Below, piece after piece: positions 16,809 through 26,388 of a stretch of DNA of 32,000 bases (within the stretch, counting starts at the first letter, position 1; the number at the start of each line of letters is the position of its first letter). The stretch spans positions 90,001-122,000 of the forward strand of contig SHMX01000004.1 in NCBI GenBank assembly GCA_008080745.1. The letters run 5' to 3'. The notes under the pieces are model-generated. The model was not told the origin of the DNA. It did no database searches and saw only the letters and a program-made list of their open reading frames with translations. The DNA is from Candidatus Thorarchaeota archaeon. Lineage in GTDB: Archaea; Asgardarchaeota; Thorarchaeia; Thorarchaeales; Thorarchaeaceae. Made by a program: the position numbers and the translations under genes.

Positions 16809-17030
16809 TTGGAGGAATCAATCCCATTGAGTGTTGTTAAAGTAATAGAACTGATTGGAGAAAGTCCCGAGAGTTGGGAACATGCTACTAGGAACGCATT
16901 GGAAGTTGCAAACAAGTCGATCCGGAATATTGTTGGTATCGATGTCGATCACTTCACAGCAAAAGTCAAAGAAGGCAAAATTGCTGTCTTTAGGGCTAAT
17001 GTGCGTGTAGCATTCAAGTATGAAGAATAA
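16809..17030 (+). CDS. Dodecin (flavin-binding protein)
   Basis: KVIELIGESPESWEHATRNAL...KSIRNI...FRANVRVAF is the dodecin signature. Confidence 0.92.
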   Translation: MEESIPLSVVKVIELIGESPESWEHATRNALEVANKSIRNIVGIDVDHFTAKVKEGKIAVFRANVRVAFKYEE

Positions 17031-17037
17031 TTGACTC

Positions 17038-17069
17038 TGGAGTATCATTTTGATACTCCAACTTTTTTT
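17038..17069 (+). terminator. 10-bp hairpin plus T7 after dodecin
   Basis: TGGAGTATCA-ttt-TGATACTCCA followed by ACTTTTTTT. Confidence 0.6.
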
Positions 17070-17101
17070 GATACAAAGTATCCTTTTGATCCCTTTTTTC
17101 T
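17048..17101. repeat. Three TTTTGAT(A/C)C motifs at exact 18-bp spacing
   Basis: Motif starts at 17048, 17066 and 17084. Confidence 0.55.
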
Positions 17102-17138
17102 AGTGGTGCCTTAATAGTTCCATTACACATAATATATC

Positions 17139-17690
17139 ATGAGGGATTCGCTGTTTCATTCAAAATTTACCTATTCACATTTCAGAGAGCCACGACCGTT
17201 TGTCACGATGGATAGCAATCGCCTCTGGCAAATCGCAAGGAATGAAAAAATCCTGCTCGTCTTACGAGAACCACATCTAACTGAATTAGCCCTAAGAAAA
17301 GACACAAGGATACTACCATATTGCAGCATCCTATTGGATCGGGGTGGATTTGATGAATGGTACTTGGCGATATATCTCCTCAGCATCTTAGCAACGGATA
17401 AAGCTATTCAAAAACTCCTGATGCTCTATGCTTTTTCTGATCGATCTGATAGAAAGCTGATTATTCGTATGCTCTCTCAAATCATACGAAAAGGAAATTC
17501 AAGAAATACTCTGAAATGTATATCAAAACATGAAATATTACATATTGACAAGTGGAAAGAAGTTGTAACCAATTTTTTAATTGAACTTTGTTCAGAGCTT
17601 GGAATCTCTTTCAGTATGTTTCCCGAATTGACCTCTTCTAAGCTGGAAGAAGATAGTATGTATTCCAGAAAACCAACCCAAAATTATTGA
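17139..17690 (+). CDS. Hypothetical helical protein, possibly HEAT/PBS-lyase-like repeats
   Basis: ILPYCSILLD...YLAIYLLSILATDKAIQKLL...DRKLIIRMLSQI resembles a HEAT helical hairpin pattern. Start could be ATG 17208. Confidence 0.55.
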   Translation: MRDSLFHSKFTYSHFREPRPFVTMDSNRLWQIARNEKILLVLREPHLTELALRKDTRILPYCSILLDRGGFDEWYLAIYLLSILATDKAIQKLLMLYAFSDRSDRKLIIRMLSQIIRKGNSRNTLKCISKHEILHIDKWKEVVTNFLIELCSELGISFSMFPELTSSKLEEDSMYSRKPTQNY

Positions 17691-18450
17691 TTCCATGAGC
17701 GATAATGGGACTTACTAGAGAATAGTTTCTAGATTGTGCCAAGAGGCCAAGGATAATACCTAATAATAATCTAGTTGGTACTCCATAAATATCTAGATGC
17801 AACACAGCAAATATGAATGAAGTAATGACAACCGCCCAGTCCTTGTATCGCTTTTTAGAACTACTGAAATAAATTTCAAATCGTCTTTGAAGGAAACCTC
17901 TGAATAGAACTTCCTCGGTAAATCCTACAACTAATATCATACATAACGCCCAGCCTATCAATTCCAACGTATCATGGGCTAACAGCATTTCATCTTGGAA
18001 TAGTGGTTCGCCTGTTAGTTCTACTGTTATGAGAGTCAAGAACATACTGAGCGTTAGCATACCTAATCCAGCAATAATACCAATCACTATCTCTTTCGCA
18101 GGCTTTTTTGCTTTGATTCCTATTGCTCGGAGGCTTATACCATATTTCCTGACATATCGAATAGGTAGAATTACAAATCCAAATTGTCCAAGACTTATGA
18201 ATATGAATGACCAAGGTTCAAAGATAATATTCAGACTTGGTGTAATCCTCACTAATCCCATAACAACAGCTAACAATGTTGTTACGACAGTAAGTGCCAT
18301 TCCTAATGCAAAAGCGGCACCTGAGAGTAATAAAATCCTAAACATTTTGTCCCAGTCAATATCCCGTTCTAACCATCTGCCTGGTTCAAAGATGCCAATA
18401 CGTGTTTCAGCTTCTTCCATTTCTAAAAAGTCAGGATCGTCCATTACCAT
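17638..18450 (-). CDS. CPBP family (type II CAAX/Abi) intramembrane metalloprotease
   Basis: EEVLFRG, FAVLH and HGINN motifs; multiple TMs. Confidence 0.93.
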   Translation of the reverse strand: MVMDDPDFLEMEEAETRIGIFEPGRWLERDIDWDKMFRILLLSGAAFALGMALTVVTTLLAVVMGLVRITPSLNIIFEPWSFIFISLGQFGFVILPIRYVRKYGISLRAIGIKAKKPAKEIVIGIIAGLGMLTLSMFLTLITVELTGEPLFQDEMLLAHDTLELIGWALCMILVVGFTEEVLFRGFLQRRFEIYFSSSKKRYKDWAVVITSFIFAVLHLDIYGVPTRLLLGIILGLLAQSRNYSLVSPIIAHGINNFGLVFWNTYYLLPA

Positions 18451-18546
18451 TATCTGGAACCTCTAACGCTTTTTGGGTACGAATAAGATAAGGCTTTAGT
18501 TCTCTGTCACAAATATTGCTATTTCCGTAGCATCTAAAACGATTGT

Positions 18547-20592
18547 GTGAGTCATCTATCAGGATATACTTTCATGAAAGAGGCGAAGACTAGGTTGGAT
18601 GACTCATCAGAATCTGTTAATTCCTCACGAGGAACAGCCATTCTTGTAGCTACCATTATAGTTGTAGCTAGCATCGCTGCTGTCGTTGTCATTCCTAGAG
18701 GGCTTAAGATTGCGGCATCATCTGTTCGAGTGGCAGTGATTGATTCTGGGATTAGTGATGATGAGAATTTAGGAATGGCTATAGTGGCTCAGAGAAGTTT
18801 CATAAATGAGTCCTATGGTTATTCTATTTCAGATACTTCTACTGAAGATAGCAATCCGGACGGTATCCAACATGGGACACTTGTAACAAAGATTTTACTT
18901 GAAAATTCACCTAATCTTGCGATCATAAATGCAAAAGTTGTCACATCAAGAAATATAGCCACCATTTCAGGGATTATAGCAGCTATCCAATGGGCGGTGG
19001 CAGAAACCGAATGTGATGTTATCAATCTTAGTTTAGGTAGCTCAATGACTTCATCAGAGGCGCTTTCTGAAACAATACAATGGGCATTTCATAGAGGAGT
19101 AGTTATCGTTGCAGCGGCTGGAAATTCTGGTAGGGGTGGTATTGCTGGTACATCCATCGAGTCCCCGGCTCTATATTCTGAAGTCATAAGTGTGGCTGCT
19201 GTCGATTCTGATAAAAAATTATTCGATTTCTCAGGGCGTGGCCCCCTCTCTGATCGTACATTGAAACCAGATTTGTGTGCAGTGGGCACATATACAAATG
19301 GTGGAGGCACTGTATTTGGAACTAGTTTTGCTACTCCTGTAGTCAGTGCAGCTGCTGCAGATATTATTAGATATTGTAAGATTAACGAGCTTCGTTGGAC
19401 TCCAGGAATGGTAAAAGCATCTCTCATGCAAGGTGCACAGGACTTGGATTATGAGGTTTGGGAAGTTGGTGCTGGACTGGTTGATTCCGAGTTCTCTCTA
19501 AGATTCATTGAGAGCGTTTCAAAGGTTGATAATTTACCAATGATTGCTTATGTTACACCGAACCTGAATCCATTTGAGTTTGAAAGATGGTATGTCAACA
19601 CAAGTATTCTATTATCTATCTCAATATTTTGTTCAGAATATGCTGAGTTTAATATCGAGTATAGCGGTTCTGCCTCTGACTACATTTCTGGTCCAACAAG
19701 GTTATTTGTCAATCAGTCGAGGACTTTCGAAATAGAATTATTTGTGAACTCATCTATCAAAATTCTAAATCTTCAAGGTGTAGTTTATTTCACTGCTGAA
19801 GATTATCGCAATATATGGAGCCAATTCCGATTTGATGCCAATATCCCTCGTGCTTGGGTGGCATTTGATTTTTCACATACTTCTTGGTCGATTGATTCAA
19901 TATATGGGCAATTTAGGCAATTCTATGAAGCCCTTTCAAGACTGAATATCTCTGTAGAAGCAATACATGATCGTCAGGATATTGTTACCATAAATCTTCA
20001 AAGATTTGATGCAATTTTGAAATTTGACCCTTGTTCTTGGAAATTCACGAACATTGGAAATACAATAATTCTCAACGAGTCCTTGAGTATAACACGTGAA
20101 GAAATTGCTGTATATCAAGAATATTGGGAGCTGGGGGGAAACATGATGGTTCTGGGACTTTCCTCTAAATATCTGGATATATCCTCTGCCAATTTGTTTT
20201 TGTCTCGTTTTGGTTTTCTGCTGAATAATGATTCGATTCCTGCTGTTACCACTTTTGTTAGTGGAATTCCCTCAACAATTGAGGTTACTGACATATCGTC
20301 TCATGAGATAATGGAGGGAATCATCTCCTTTGATTACAATGGCTGTTCTCTACACGCTTTTGAAGACTCAGAAATACTTGCTAGAACTGATGTAGTCTTC
20401 GAAAATAGTAGTGGTGTATTTACAGAATCAAGATCTCTATTAGGATATCGTAGTAACGGTACATTTGGTAAAATCTTAGTTTCTGGAAGTAATTTCTTCT
20501 TAGATAATTTTGGTATGTCTGGTTATTATCAATCAAATCAGAATCTTCAGCTAGGATATCAGTCTGTTTACTGGCTCTTAGGTATTGCTTAA
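18547..20592 (+). CDS. Membrane-anchored or secreted subtilisin-like S8 protease with C-terminal GIFT/GATase-like domain
   Basis: Catalytic VAVIDSG, QHGT and GTSFATP, oxyanion AAGN; N-terminal hydrophobic helix; C-terminal FDFSH...GGNMMVLG...KILVSGS...WL. Start GTG 18547 or ATG 18574. Confidence 0.88.
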   Translation: MSHLSGYTFMKEAKTRLDDSSESVNSSRGTAILVATIIVVASIAAVVVIPRGLKIAASSVRVAVIDSGISDDENLGMAIVAQRSFINESYGYSISDTSTEDSNPDGIQHGTLVTKILLENSPNLAIINAKVVTSRNIATISGIIAAIQWAVAETECDVINLSLGSSMTSSEALSETIQWAFHRGVVIVAAAGNSGRGGIAGTSIESPALYSEVISVAAVDSDKKLFDFSGRGPLSDRTLKPDLCAVGTYTNGGGTVFGTSFATPVVSAAAADIIRYCKINELRWTPGMVKASLMQGAQDLDYEVWEVGAGLVDSEFSLRFIESVSKVDNLPMIAYVTPNLNPFEFERWYVNTSILLSISIFCSEYAEFNIEYSGSASDYISGPTRLFVNQSRTFEIELFVNSSIKILNLQGVVYFTAEDYRNIWSQFRFDANIPRAWVAFDFSHTSWSIDSIYGQFRQFYEALSRLNISVEAIHDRQDIVTINLQRFDAILKFDPCSWKFTNIGNTIILNESLSITREEIAVYQEYWELGGNMMVLGLSSKYLDISSANLFLSRFGFLLNNDSIPAVTTFVSGIPSTIEVTDISSHEIMEGIISFDYNGCSLHAFEDSEILARTDVVFENSSGVFTESRSLLGYRSNGTFGKILVSGSNFFLDNFGMSGYYQSNQNLQLGYQSVYWLLGIA

Positions 20593-20976
20593 TTACAGCA
20601 TAGGTGCAATATTTTCGCAGGCAGTCTTGGCAGCATATACAAGAAGTCCTGTCTTCATTCCTTTATTTGCAGCTAAGACAAGAATTGCTTTCTCTCCTGC
20701 ACTCTTCATTATCATAAGACCTTGCTGATTGGTAAGAAGAATTTCTTCCAGCATCCCCTGATCCATTCTTTCTGCTGCTAGGTCTGCCACACCGAGAATG
20801 GAAGCTGCCATTGCAGCAATCTCTGCTTCTTCCAATCCATGTGGCACTGCAGAAGCTATAGGTAAACCTTCTTTCGAAAGCAACATCCATGCCCTGATTC
20901 CTGTCGCCAGAGACGTGGCCTCTTCCATTATCTGCCTTAGCTTCTCCTGTAACTGTTCAAAGTTCGGGTCAAACAT
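20593..20976 (-). CDS. Roadblock/LC7 domain protein
   Basis: GIRAWMLLSKEGLPIASA...IAAMAASI...LEEILLTNQQGLMIMKSAGEKAILVLA. ATG 20976 preferred over the track start 20991. Confidence 0.9.
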   Translation of the reverse strand: MFDPNFEQLQEKLRQIMEEATSLATGIRAWMLLSKEGLPIASAVPHGLEEAEIAAMAASILGVADLAAERMDQGMLEEILLTNQQGLMIMKSAGEKAILVLAANKGMKTGLLVYAAKTACENIAPML

Positions 20977-21069
20977 AATCGCCACTCTCATTACGGCAGT
21001 TGTCTATCCTTCTTGTGATATTCCACATTAATAAACTTTGATTAGTTGAAGTCCTTTTTGAAATTTTGT

Positions 21070-22269
21070 TTATTTCACCTTTCTTGCAAACTCACTACCA
21101 TATTCTCTTGCTTGACTTAGTTCTTCTTCAGTTGGCACCCACTTCACAGTGAAGGGTTTCATGATTACCTGCATTTTTCCATTTTTCATCATAACCTGTA
21201 TTTTATCGACTGCACCACCAGCCCAACCATAGGAACCAAAAGCGGCTGCTTTCTTGTCTGCTGGTTTGAGTGCCTCAAAATCTGAGAGTAATGGTGCAAC
21301 AGTTGGAAGAATCTCGTTATGAAGAGTTGAACTACCAACAAGTACTCCTTTTGCTTCTAATAGATCTGCCATTATATCTCCTCGATCGCTATGCGGTATC
21401 AATCTAAGAAGAGGTTCTAATCCTTCATCATCTATTCCCTCTGCTATGGCTAATGCAATTTTTGTTGTACTTTCCCACATGGTATCCCACGCAATCACAA
21501 CCTTGTCTTGTACCAACTCTCCTTTAGCCCAACCAAGATATTTATTCACTATTTCCAAGGGATTTTTACGCCAAATAACTCCATGAGAGGGTGCTATAAT
21601 TTTGATTGGTAATCCCATTTCCACAATTTCTTCAATTTTTCTTTTTACCATTCTACTCAATGGCCATAGGATATTTGCATAGTATTTCTCTGCTTCACGC
21701 CAAAGAGTTGTTTGATCCACTTCATCAGCAAATCTTTTTGCTGTTGCAAAATGCTGTCCAAATGCATCGTTGGGAAGTAGCACTTGCTCTTCAACATAGT
21801 ATGTGAACATGGTTTCCGGCCAATGTAACATTGGAGCTTCATAGAATCTTAGGGTCTTTTCACCAAGACTAATTTCATCTCCGGTTTCTACTGTTTCGAT
21901 TTCCCATCCGTCGGGATAGTGTTTCTTTAATGGGTCCACAGCCTTTTCTGTGCAAACTAATCTAGCATTTGGTACCCTGTTTAGTACCTCGGGAATTGCT
22001 CCCGAATGATCCATTTCTGTGTGGTTAGATATTACATAATCTATACGTTCCGGATCTATTACAGACTCTATTCTTCTGAACATTTCATCACTGAAAGGTC
22101 CAAAAACAGCATCAATCAAAGCTATTTTCTCATCAACCATAAGATATGCATTGTAGGTTGTTCCATGGTGAACGGTATAACTAAAACCATGAAAATGTCT
22201 CACATTGTAGTCTATTGCACCAACCCAGTGTAGGTCTTTTACTACTTTAACAGATTTCATCATTATCAA
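21070..22269 (-). CDS. fprA: Flavodiiron protein (FprA/rubredoxin:oxygen oxidoreductase family)
   Basis: GTTYNAYL, NHTEMDHSG, LHWPE, DAFGQH and PSHG di-iron ligands; flavodoxin domain with TMWEST and FGSYGW. Confidence 0.95.
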   Translation of the reverse strand: MIMMKSVKVVKDLHWVGAIDYNVRHFHGFSYTVHHGTTYNAYLMVDEKIALIDAVFGPFSDEMFRRIESVIDPERIDYVISNHTEMDHSGAIPEVLNRVPNARLVCTEKAVDPLKKHYPDGWEIETVETGDEISLGEKTLRFYEAPMLHWPETMFTYYVEEQVLLPNDAFGQHFATAKRFADEVDQTTLWREAEKYYANILWPLSRMVKRKIEEIVEMGLPIKIIAPSHGVIWRKNPLEIVNKYLGWAKGELVQDKVVIAWDTMWESTTKIALAIAEGIDDEGLEPLLRLIPHSDRGDIMADLLEAKGVLVGSSTLHNEILPTVAPLLSDFEALKPADKKAAAFGSYGWAGGAVDKIQVMMKNGKMQVIMKPFTVKWVPTEEELSQAREYGSEFARKVK

Positions 22270-22389
22270 GTGTATTAAGGAGTTAACTATAATAAATTGG
22301 ATGGTTACTATTTGGGAAGTGTCTTCTCCTGTTAGTTAATAAGAAGTAATTGTTTGATTCGATAATGAATTAATTCGGATGCAATAACG

Positions 22390-22998
22390 ATGAGTAATAA
22401 GGTTGAATTGCAGAAGGAAGAGAGAGAGGAGATAATCCATTGGAAAAAGGGTGTTCGAGTTCTGGGTATCTCTGAAAGCTTCACTAAAGAAGAAAAGAAG
22501 AGTACCGTCGTCGGTGTTGTTATGCGTGGTGATTTGAGAGTAGATGGGTTTGGAATTTGTCAACCTACCATTGGTGGCATGGATGTCACATCTTTGTTGT
22601 TAGATATGTACTTTCGTTTGGAACGAGATGATATCCGATCTTGGTTACTTGGTGGCACTGCCATATCTTGGTTCAATATTATTGATATTGTTGAATTATA
22701 TGAAAAGAGTGGAATTCCAGTAGTTGCAGTTTCCTATAATCCATCCGATGGTATTAACAAATATATTCAAGAATATTTTCCCGAAGATTGGAAAACACGC
22801 CTTGAAGCTTTTCACAATGGCCCAGAGAGAGAGCCCATCAATCTTCTGAATGGTTATCGCGTGTTTGTTCGATCACTTGGTTTTTCAAAAAAGAGTGCAG
22901 TCAATTTATTGAATTCCTTTACAATTGATGGCCGTATTCCAGAACCAATTCGAATGGCTCGTTTAATTGCCAGTGCTATCCAACGAGACCTTCTTTGA
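22390..22998 (+). CDS. DUF99-family protein (endonuclease V-like fold)
   Basis: RVLGISESF, GVVMRGDLRVDG, GGMDVT, SWFNIID and IPEPIRMARLIA. Confidence 0.88.
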   Translation: MSNKVELQKEEREEIIHWKKGVRVLGISESFTKEEKKSTVVGVVMRGDLRVDGFGICQPTIGGMDVTSLLLDMYFRLERDDIRSWLLGGTAISWFNIIDIVELYEKSGIPVVAVSYNPSDGINKYIQEYFPEDWKTRLEAFHNGPEREPINLLNGYRVFVRSLGFSKKSAVNLLNSFTIDGRIPEPIRMARLIASAIQRDLL

Positions 22999-23595
22999 AT
23001 CTCTCTTCAAGAAGTCTTCATGCATGGTTTTGAGATTCTTGGCTATTTCAGCAATTATTTCAATGTATTCAAATTGAACAATAAAATCATCAATATCTTC
23101 AAAAAAGGATACAAATTGTTCCGCTGGTACTCCAGCTCTTTCCATTGTTATTGCGTGGATATACATGTCTAGCTTATCCGCAGCCGCAACTATTATCGAT
23201 TCAGCAGAATCTTGTTCATGATAATCCTTGAGGAGGTTGCTGATTCTGTCTTGGTCATTCTTAATGAGATGTGGAATCGCTTTCATCTCGATTGTCTTTT
23301 TCGATTCCCTGAGCGAGTCATCAAGATTTCTCATACTCTTAGGAATATCTGTTATTATAGCCTCACTGATGTCATGCACTATAGCAATTGTAACCGCCTT
23401 TTCCAAGTCTATCTCAACTTTTTCGTTGATAAGAGCATTACACAATAAAATTGTGATGCATGCTGTGCCAATAATGTGATCGGCTATGGATTCTTGAAAT
23501 GAGTCGGGTACTCCTGTCATTATCCACCCAGTACGTTTCATACGCTTGAGTCTTTCAGAAAGAAATGCTGAGTCAATAATTTCCTTTGCGCACAT
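22963..23595 (-). CDS. HD-domain phosphohydrolase, YfbR/5'-deoxynucleotidase-like
   Basis: LKRMKRTGW, ESIADH, VHDISEAIITDIP and ADKLD. ATG 23595 preferred over the track start 23643. Confidence 0.88.
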   Translation of the reverse strand: MCAKEIIDSAFLSERLKRMKRTGWIMTGVPDSFQESIADHIIGTACITILLCNALINEKVEIDLEKAVTIAIVHDISEAIITDIPKSMRNLDDSLRESKKTIEMKAIPHLIKNDQDRISNLLKDYHEQDSAESIIVAAADKLDMYIHAITMERAGVPAEQFVSFFEDIDDFIVQFEYIEIIAEIAKNLKTMHEDFLKRDSKKVSLDSTGN

Positions 23596-23656
23596 TAGGT
23601 CCACCAAAAAAAGGAGAAGAGTGGGAGGTTTGATGCCTCCCAATTCTGCTTGTAAT

Positions 23657-24760
23657 TTACAGGAACTCAGGAAATGAGTTGTTGGCGATAATATATTCTC
23701 TATATTCTTTTACAGCCTGCATTGATTCATCACTAATGTAGGTTGAGCTGTACCTGAATCGAGTAAGATTGACCCATCCATCAGCAAGTCCATATATATT
23801 ATGTTCTCCACCTGGGAATCTATTCCAAAGGGTTTCATAGAGAATATCATATGTTGCCCAATCACTGTGAACAACAACACTTGTAACGACCCAACTTGGG
23901 TCCACGGGCTGTTGGGGATCGGCTGTACCAAAATAGTCCAAATTATACTCTGCAGCTATTACGTATGGTCTCCGTACTTCATCCTCTATTTCATCTTCCA
24001 CTCGCTCATAGAAGGTGTCGTTTACAGCTTCAAGGCCTGTACGAATTCCATGCATGCTAGCTCTTACGGGTGTAAATAGAACTGTAACATTATCATCTTC
24101 AAACAAATCTACAGTCATATTACCAGCTACATCGTCATTATCATAATACCCAACATATTCAGTATCCAGTAGCGTGATATTCAAGTCGTATGTTTCATTA
24201 GCTTCTAAAACACCCAGTCTGAAACCATCTACTAGAGCTGTTATTTTTTTATCATCATCAACAGCAGCAAGAACACCAACTATTCCGTACCCGAGTCTCT
24301 CGGATGCTAGAAATGCAGCAAGAACTCCTGCTAGATAAGAGCCTTGTTCAACCAAGAAGTCTACACTGACAACATTGGCCAGGTCTACGTCTCCATTAAT
24401 TAGTGCAAAGTGTTGGTCCGGATACTGAGTAGCAACACTTTCTACAGAGGTTTCAAATTTATTTCCTACGGCTAGAATCAATACATATTCTCCAGACTGT
24501 GCCAATTCTGTTAAGAGCTGATCTGCGTCAGCTGGAGTGGTATCAAATCCAACGTATGTTACTGATACATCTAGTGATAGATTATCGAGTCCTTCCTGTA
24601 CTTGGTCCGCCATACTCAGATCGCCGAAACCCGGTTCCATCGCAACTACAGCGACACGGGATGGTTCATATGGATTGGCGATGAATAGTGCAGCACCAAT
24701 TCCTGCAAACACTACTACGACGATCACTAGGGATGTCACGAGAGTCGATTTCGAGCTCAC
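23657..24760 (-). CDS. BMP-family (PnrA/Med-like) ABC substrate-binding protein, membrane-anchored
   Basis: N-terminal TM; GFGDLSM, YPDQHFALING, EQGSYLAGVLAA and VVTSVV; GTG start with GGAGG SD. Confidence 0.85.
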   Translation of the reverse strand: MSSKSTLVTSLVIVVVVFAGIGAALFIANPYEPSRVAVVAMEPGFGDLSMADQVQEGLDNLSLDVSVTYVGFDTTPADADQLLTELAQSGEYVLILAVGNKFETSVESVATQYPDQHFALINGDVDLANVVSVDFLVEQGSYLAGVLAAFLASERLGYGIVGVLAAVDDDKKITALVDGFRLGVLEANETYDLNITLLDTEYVGYYDNDDVAGNMTVDLFEDDNVTVLFTPVRASMHGIRTGLEAVNDTFYERVEDEIEDEVRRPYVIAAEYNLDYFGTADPQQPVDPSWVVTSVVVHSDWATYDILYETLWNRFPGGEHNIYGLADGWVNLTRFRYSSTYISDESMQAVKEYREYIIANNSFPEFL

Positions 24761-24957
24761 CTATGCTTCCTCCAGGGTCAATAAATCCGAAGCCTCTTAC
24801 CACCGATTTAAACTTGTTGCTCCGCGAAAAATCCATTCTTATATGTTCCCCCAAAAGATATAGGGAGCAATTTCAAGACCTATTCAATGAATGGTGATAA
24901 GATAACATCTTAAATATACCATATACATTGAACAGAAACATAACTGGGTTGGTATCC

Positions 24958-25668
24958 ATGGCAGAGGAAACTCTTGGTAAGGTAGCAGCATTACTTGAAG
25001 AAGCCTTAGCAGTACATGAATCGGTTGAACATGTTGTACTGAGTACTAAGGAAGGAGTAGTAGTTGCAGCTCTCTCCCGTCATGAAAATGCAGACCCCAA
25101 TCTCATAGCAACGGTTACCGCTGCTCTTGTATGGGGTGGAAGCACAGCTCTTGTACAATTAGGACAGGCCAAACCCTTTTACTTATCTCATGTCACTGGC
25201 ACAGAAAAAATAATTACTATTGTGCAACCGAATTATAACCTTGCAATTGTTCTAAATCGTGATACTTCCTTTGATCTTCAAAAATACCTTTCCGAATTCC
25301 AATCACTTGCAACAAGAATTGAACTGATTATGAAATCTGCTGCCATTTTTGGAGAGCAAACAATTCTCGGTAGAATAGTCGAACGCGTACCAGAAATTAC
25401 TCAAGCCATGTTACTCACACAAGAAGGTCTTCCACTGGGTTCTGTGGGACTTGATGATGATATCGAAGTTGCTGCTCTAACAAGTTCTGTTTTTGCTAAT
25501 GGACTAACCTTTTCTCCACATACTGAGAACATTACGGTAAATACTCCAAATATGGCTCTGCTTATCGCCAGACTGGATGAGTCTCGATTGATTGCAGTAA
25601 TTTGCAGAGGACAAAATCCCGATGATATTTGTGTTCGTGTAAAAGAAGTAATTCAAGACTATATATAA
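24958..25668 (+). CDS. Tandem (double) Roadblock/LC7-like protein
   Basis: Two repeats: VEHVVLSTKEGVVVAA...LIATVTAAL and ITQAMLLTQEGLPLGS...VAALTSSVF. ATG 24958 preferred. Confidence 0.8.
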   Translation: MAEETLGKVAALLEEALAVHESVEHVVLSTKEGVVVAALSRHENADPNLIATVTAALVWGGSTALVQLGQAKPFYLSHVTGTEKIITIVQPNYNLAIVLNRDTSFDLQKYLSEFQSLATRIELIMKSAAIFGEQTILGRIVERVPEITQAMLLTQEGLPLGSVGLDDDIEVAALTSSVFANGLTFSPHTENITVNTPNMALLIARLDESRLIAVICRGQNPDDICVRVKEVIQDYI

Positions 25669-25671
25669 GAT

Positions 25672-26388
25672 TCAACTCTTTAGAGGTGCTTTTTCAGAGT
25701 TTGTTTCTTCCGAAATGGACTGCTCGGATTCCTCATCTTCAATAAAATCGAATTCCCAATCTTTGAGATTTATCGTTATGTAGCAGTCTTCTCCTTTTTC
25801 AGGACAATCTATTCGAATTGTAACATGGTCTGATGTTGACTCCTTAATTTCGGGATTTAGACATCCATCTTCAAGCTTTTCCATTAGAAAAATCACATAT
25901 GCATTAGTTATAGTGTTTAGACTTCCCTCAAGAATAGCTTCTCCCATTTCAGCTAGATAGTGTTTCTTCTTTCTACCCTCCTTTTCAACACGGACCAGTT
26001 CCACCTTTTCCATCCGAGTTACGTGCCATCTCACTGTATCATGATGTACTCCAATATTCTCGGCCATCTGTTCCTGGTAGCATCCTGGATTATTTACTAT
26101 GAACGCAAAAATTTGTTTTGCAGTATCACTTCTGAGCGATAGATATGCCTTTTCAGCTTGTTGTGATCTCAACATTTTTGGAAAATATATTCGTTTCCCT
26201 GCAAACTTTATTGAGTTTATCAGTCCTTCTTTCTCAAGAATTCTGAGATGCCATGTTAATGTTCCAAGAGGGGATTCTAATAGGTCAACAAGTTCGAGGA
26301 GGTATGTACCTGGATTTTCACACAAGACCGTGTAAAGGTCTCTTCTGAATGGGTGAAGAAGTAATGCTAGGCGTTTTTGCCTTCCCAT
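25672..26388 (-). CDS. Tandem winged-helix transcriptional regulator (COG3398-like)
   Basis: Two wHTH units (RRDLY...NPG...GTLTWHLRILEKEGLI and KQIF...NPG...TVRWHVTRMEKVELV) plus a C-terminal extension. Confidence 0.85.
   Translation of the reverse strand: MGRQKRLALLLHPFRRDLYTVLCENPGTYLLELVDLLESPLGTLTWHLRILEKEGLINSIKFAGKRIYFPKMLRSQQAEKAYLSLRSDTAKQIFAFIVNNPGCYQEQMAENIGVHHDTVRWHVTRMEKVELVRVEKEGRKKKHYLAEMGEAILEGSLNTITNAYVIFLMEKLEDGCLNPEIKESTSDHVTIRIDCPEKGEDCYITINLKDWEFDFIEDEESEQSISEETNSEKAPLKS

Noticed and set aside
24816-24870. TTGCTCC/GGAGCAA inverted repeat as a purine riboswitch for the BMP gene
   Set aside because: It lies upstream of the likely TATA (GTTTAAAT on the minus strand, about 24807-24814) and has no purine riboswitch consensus.
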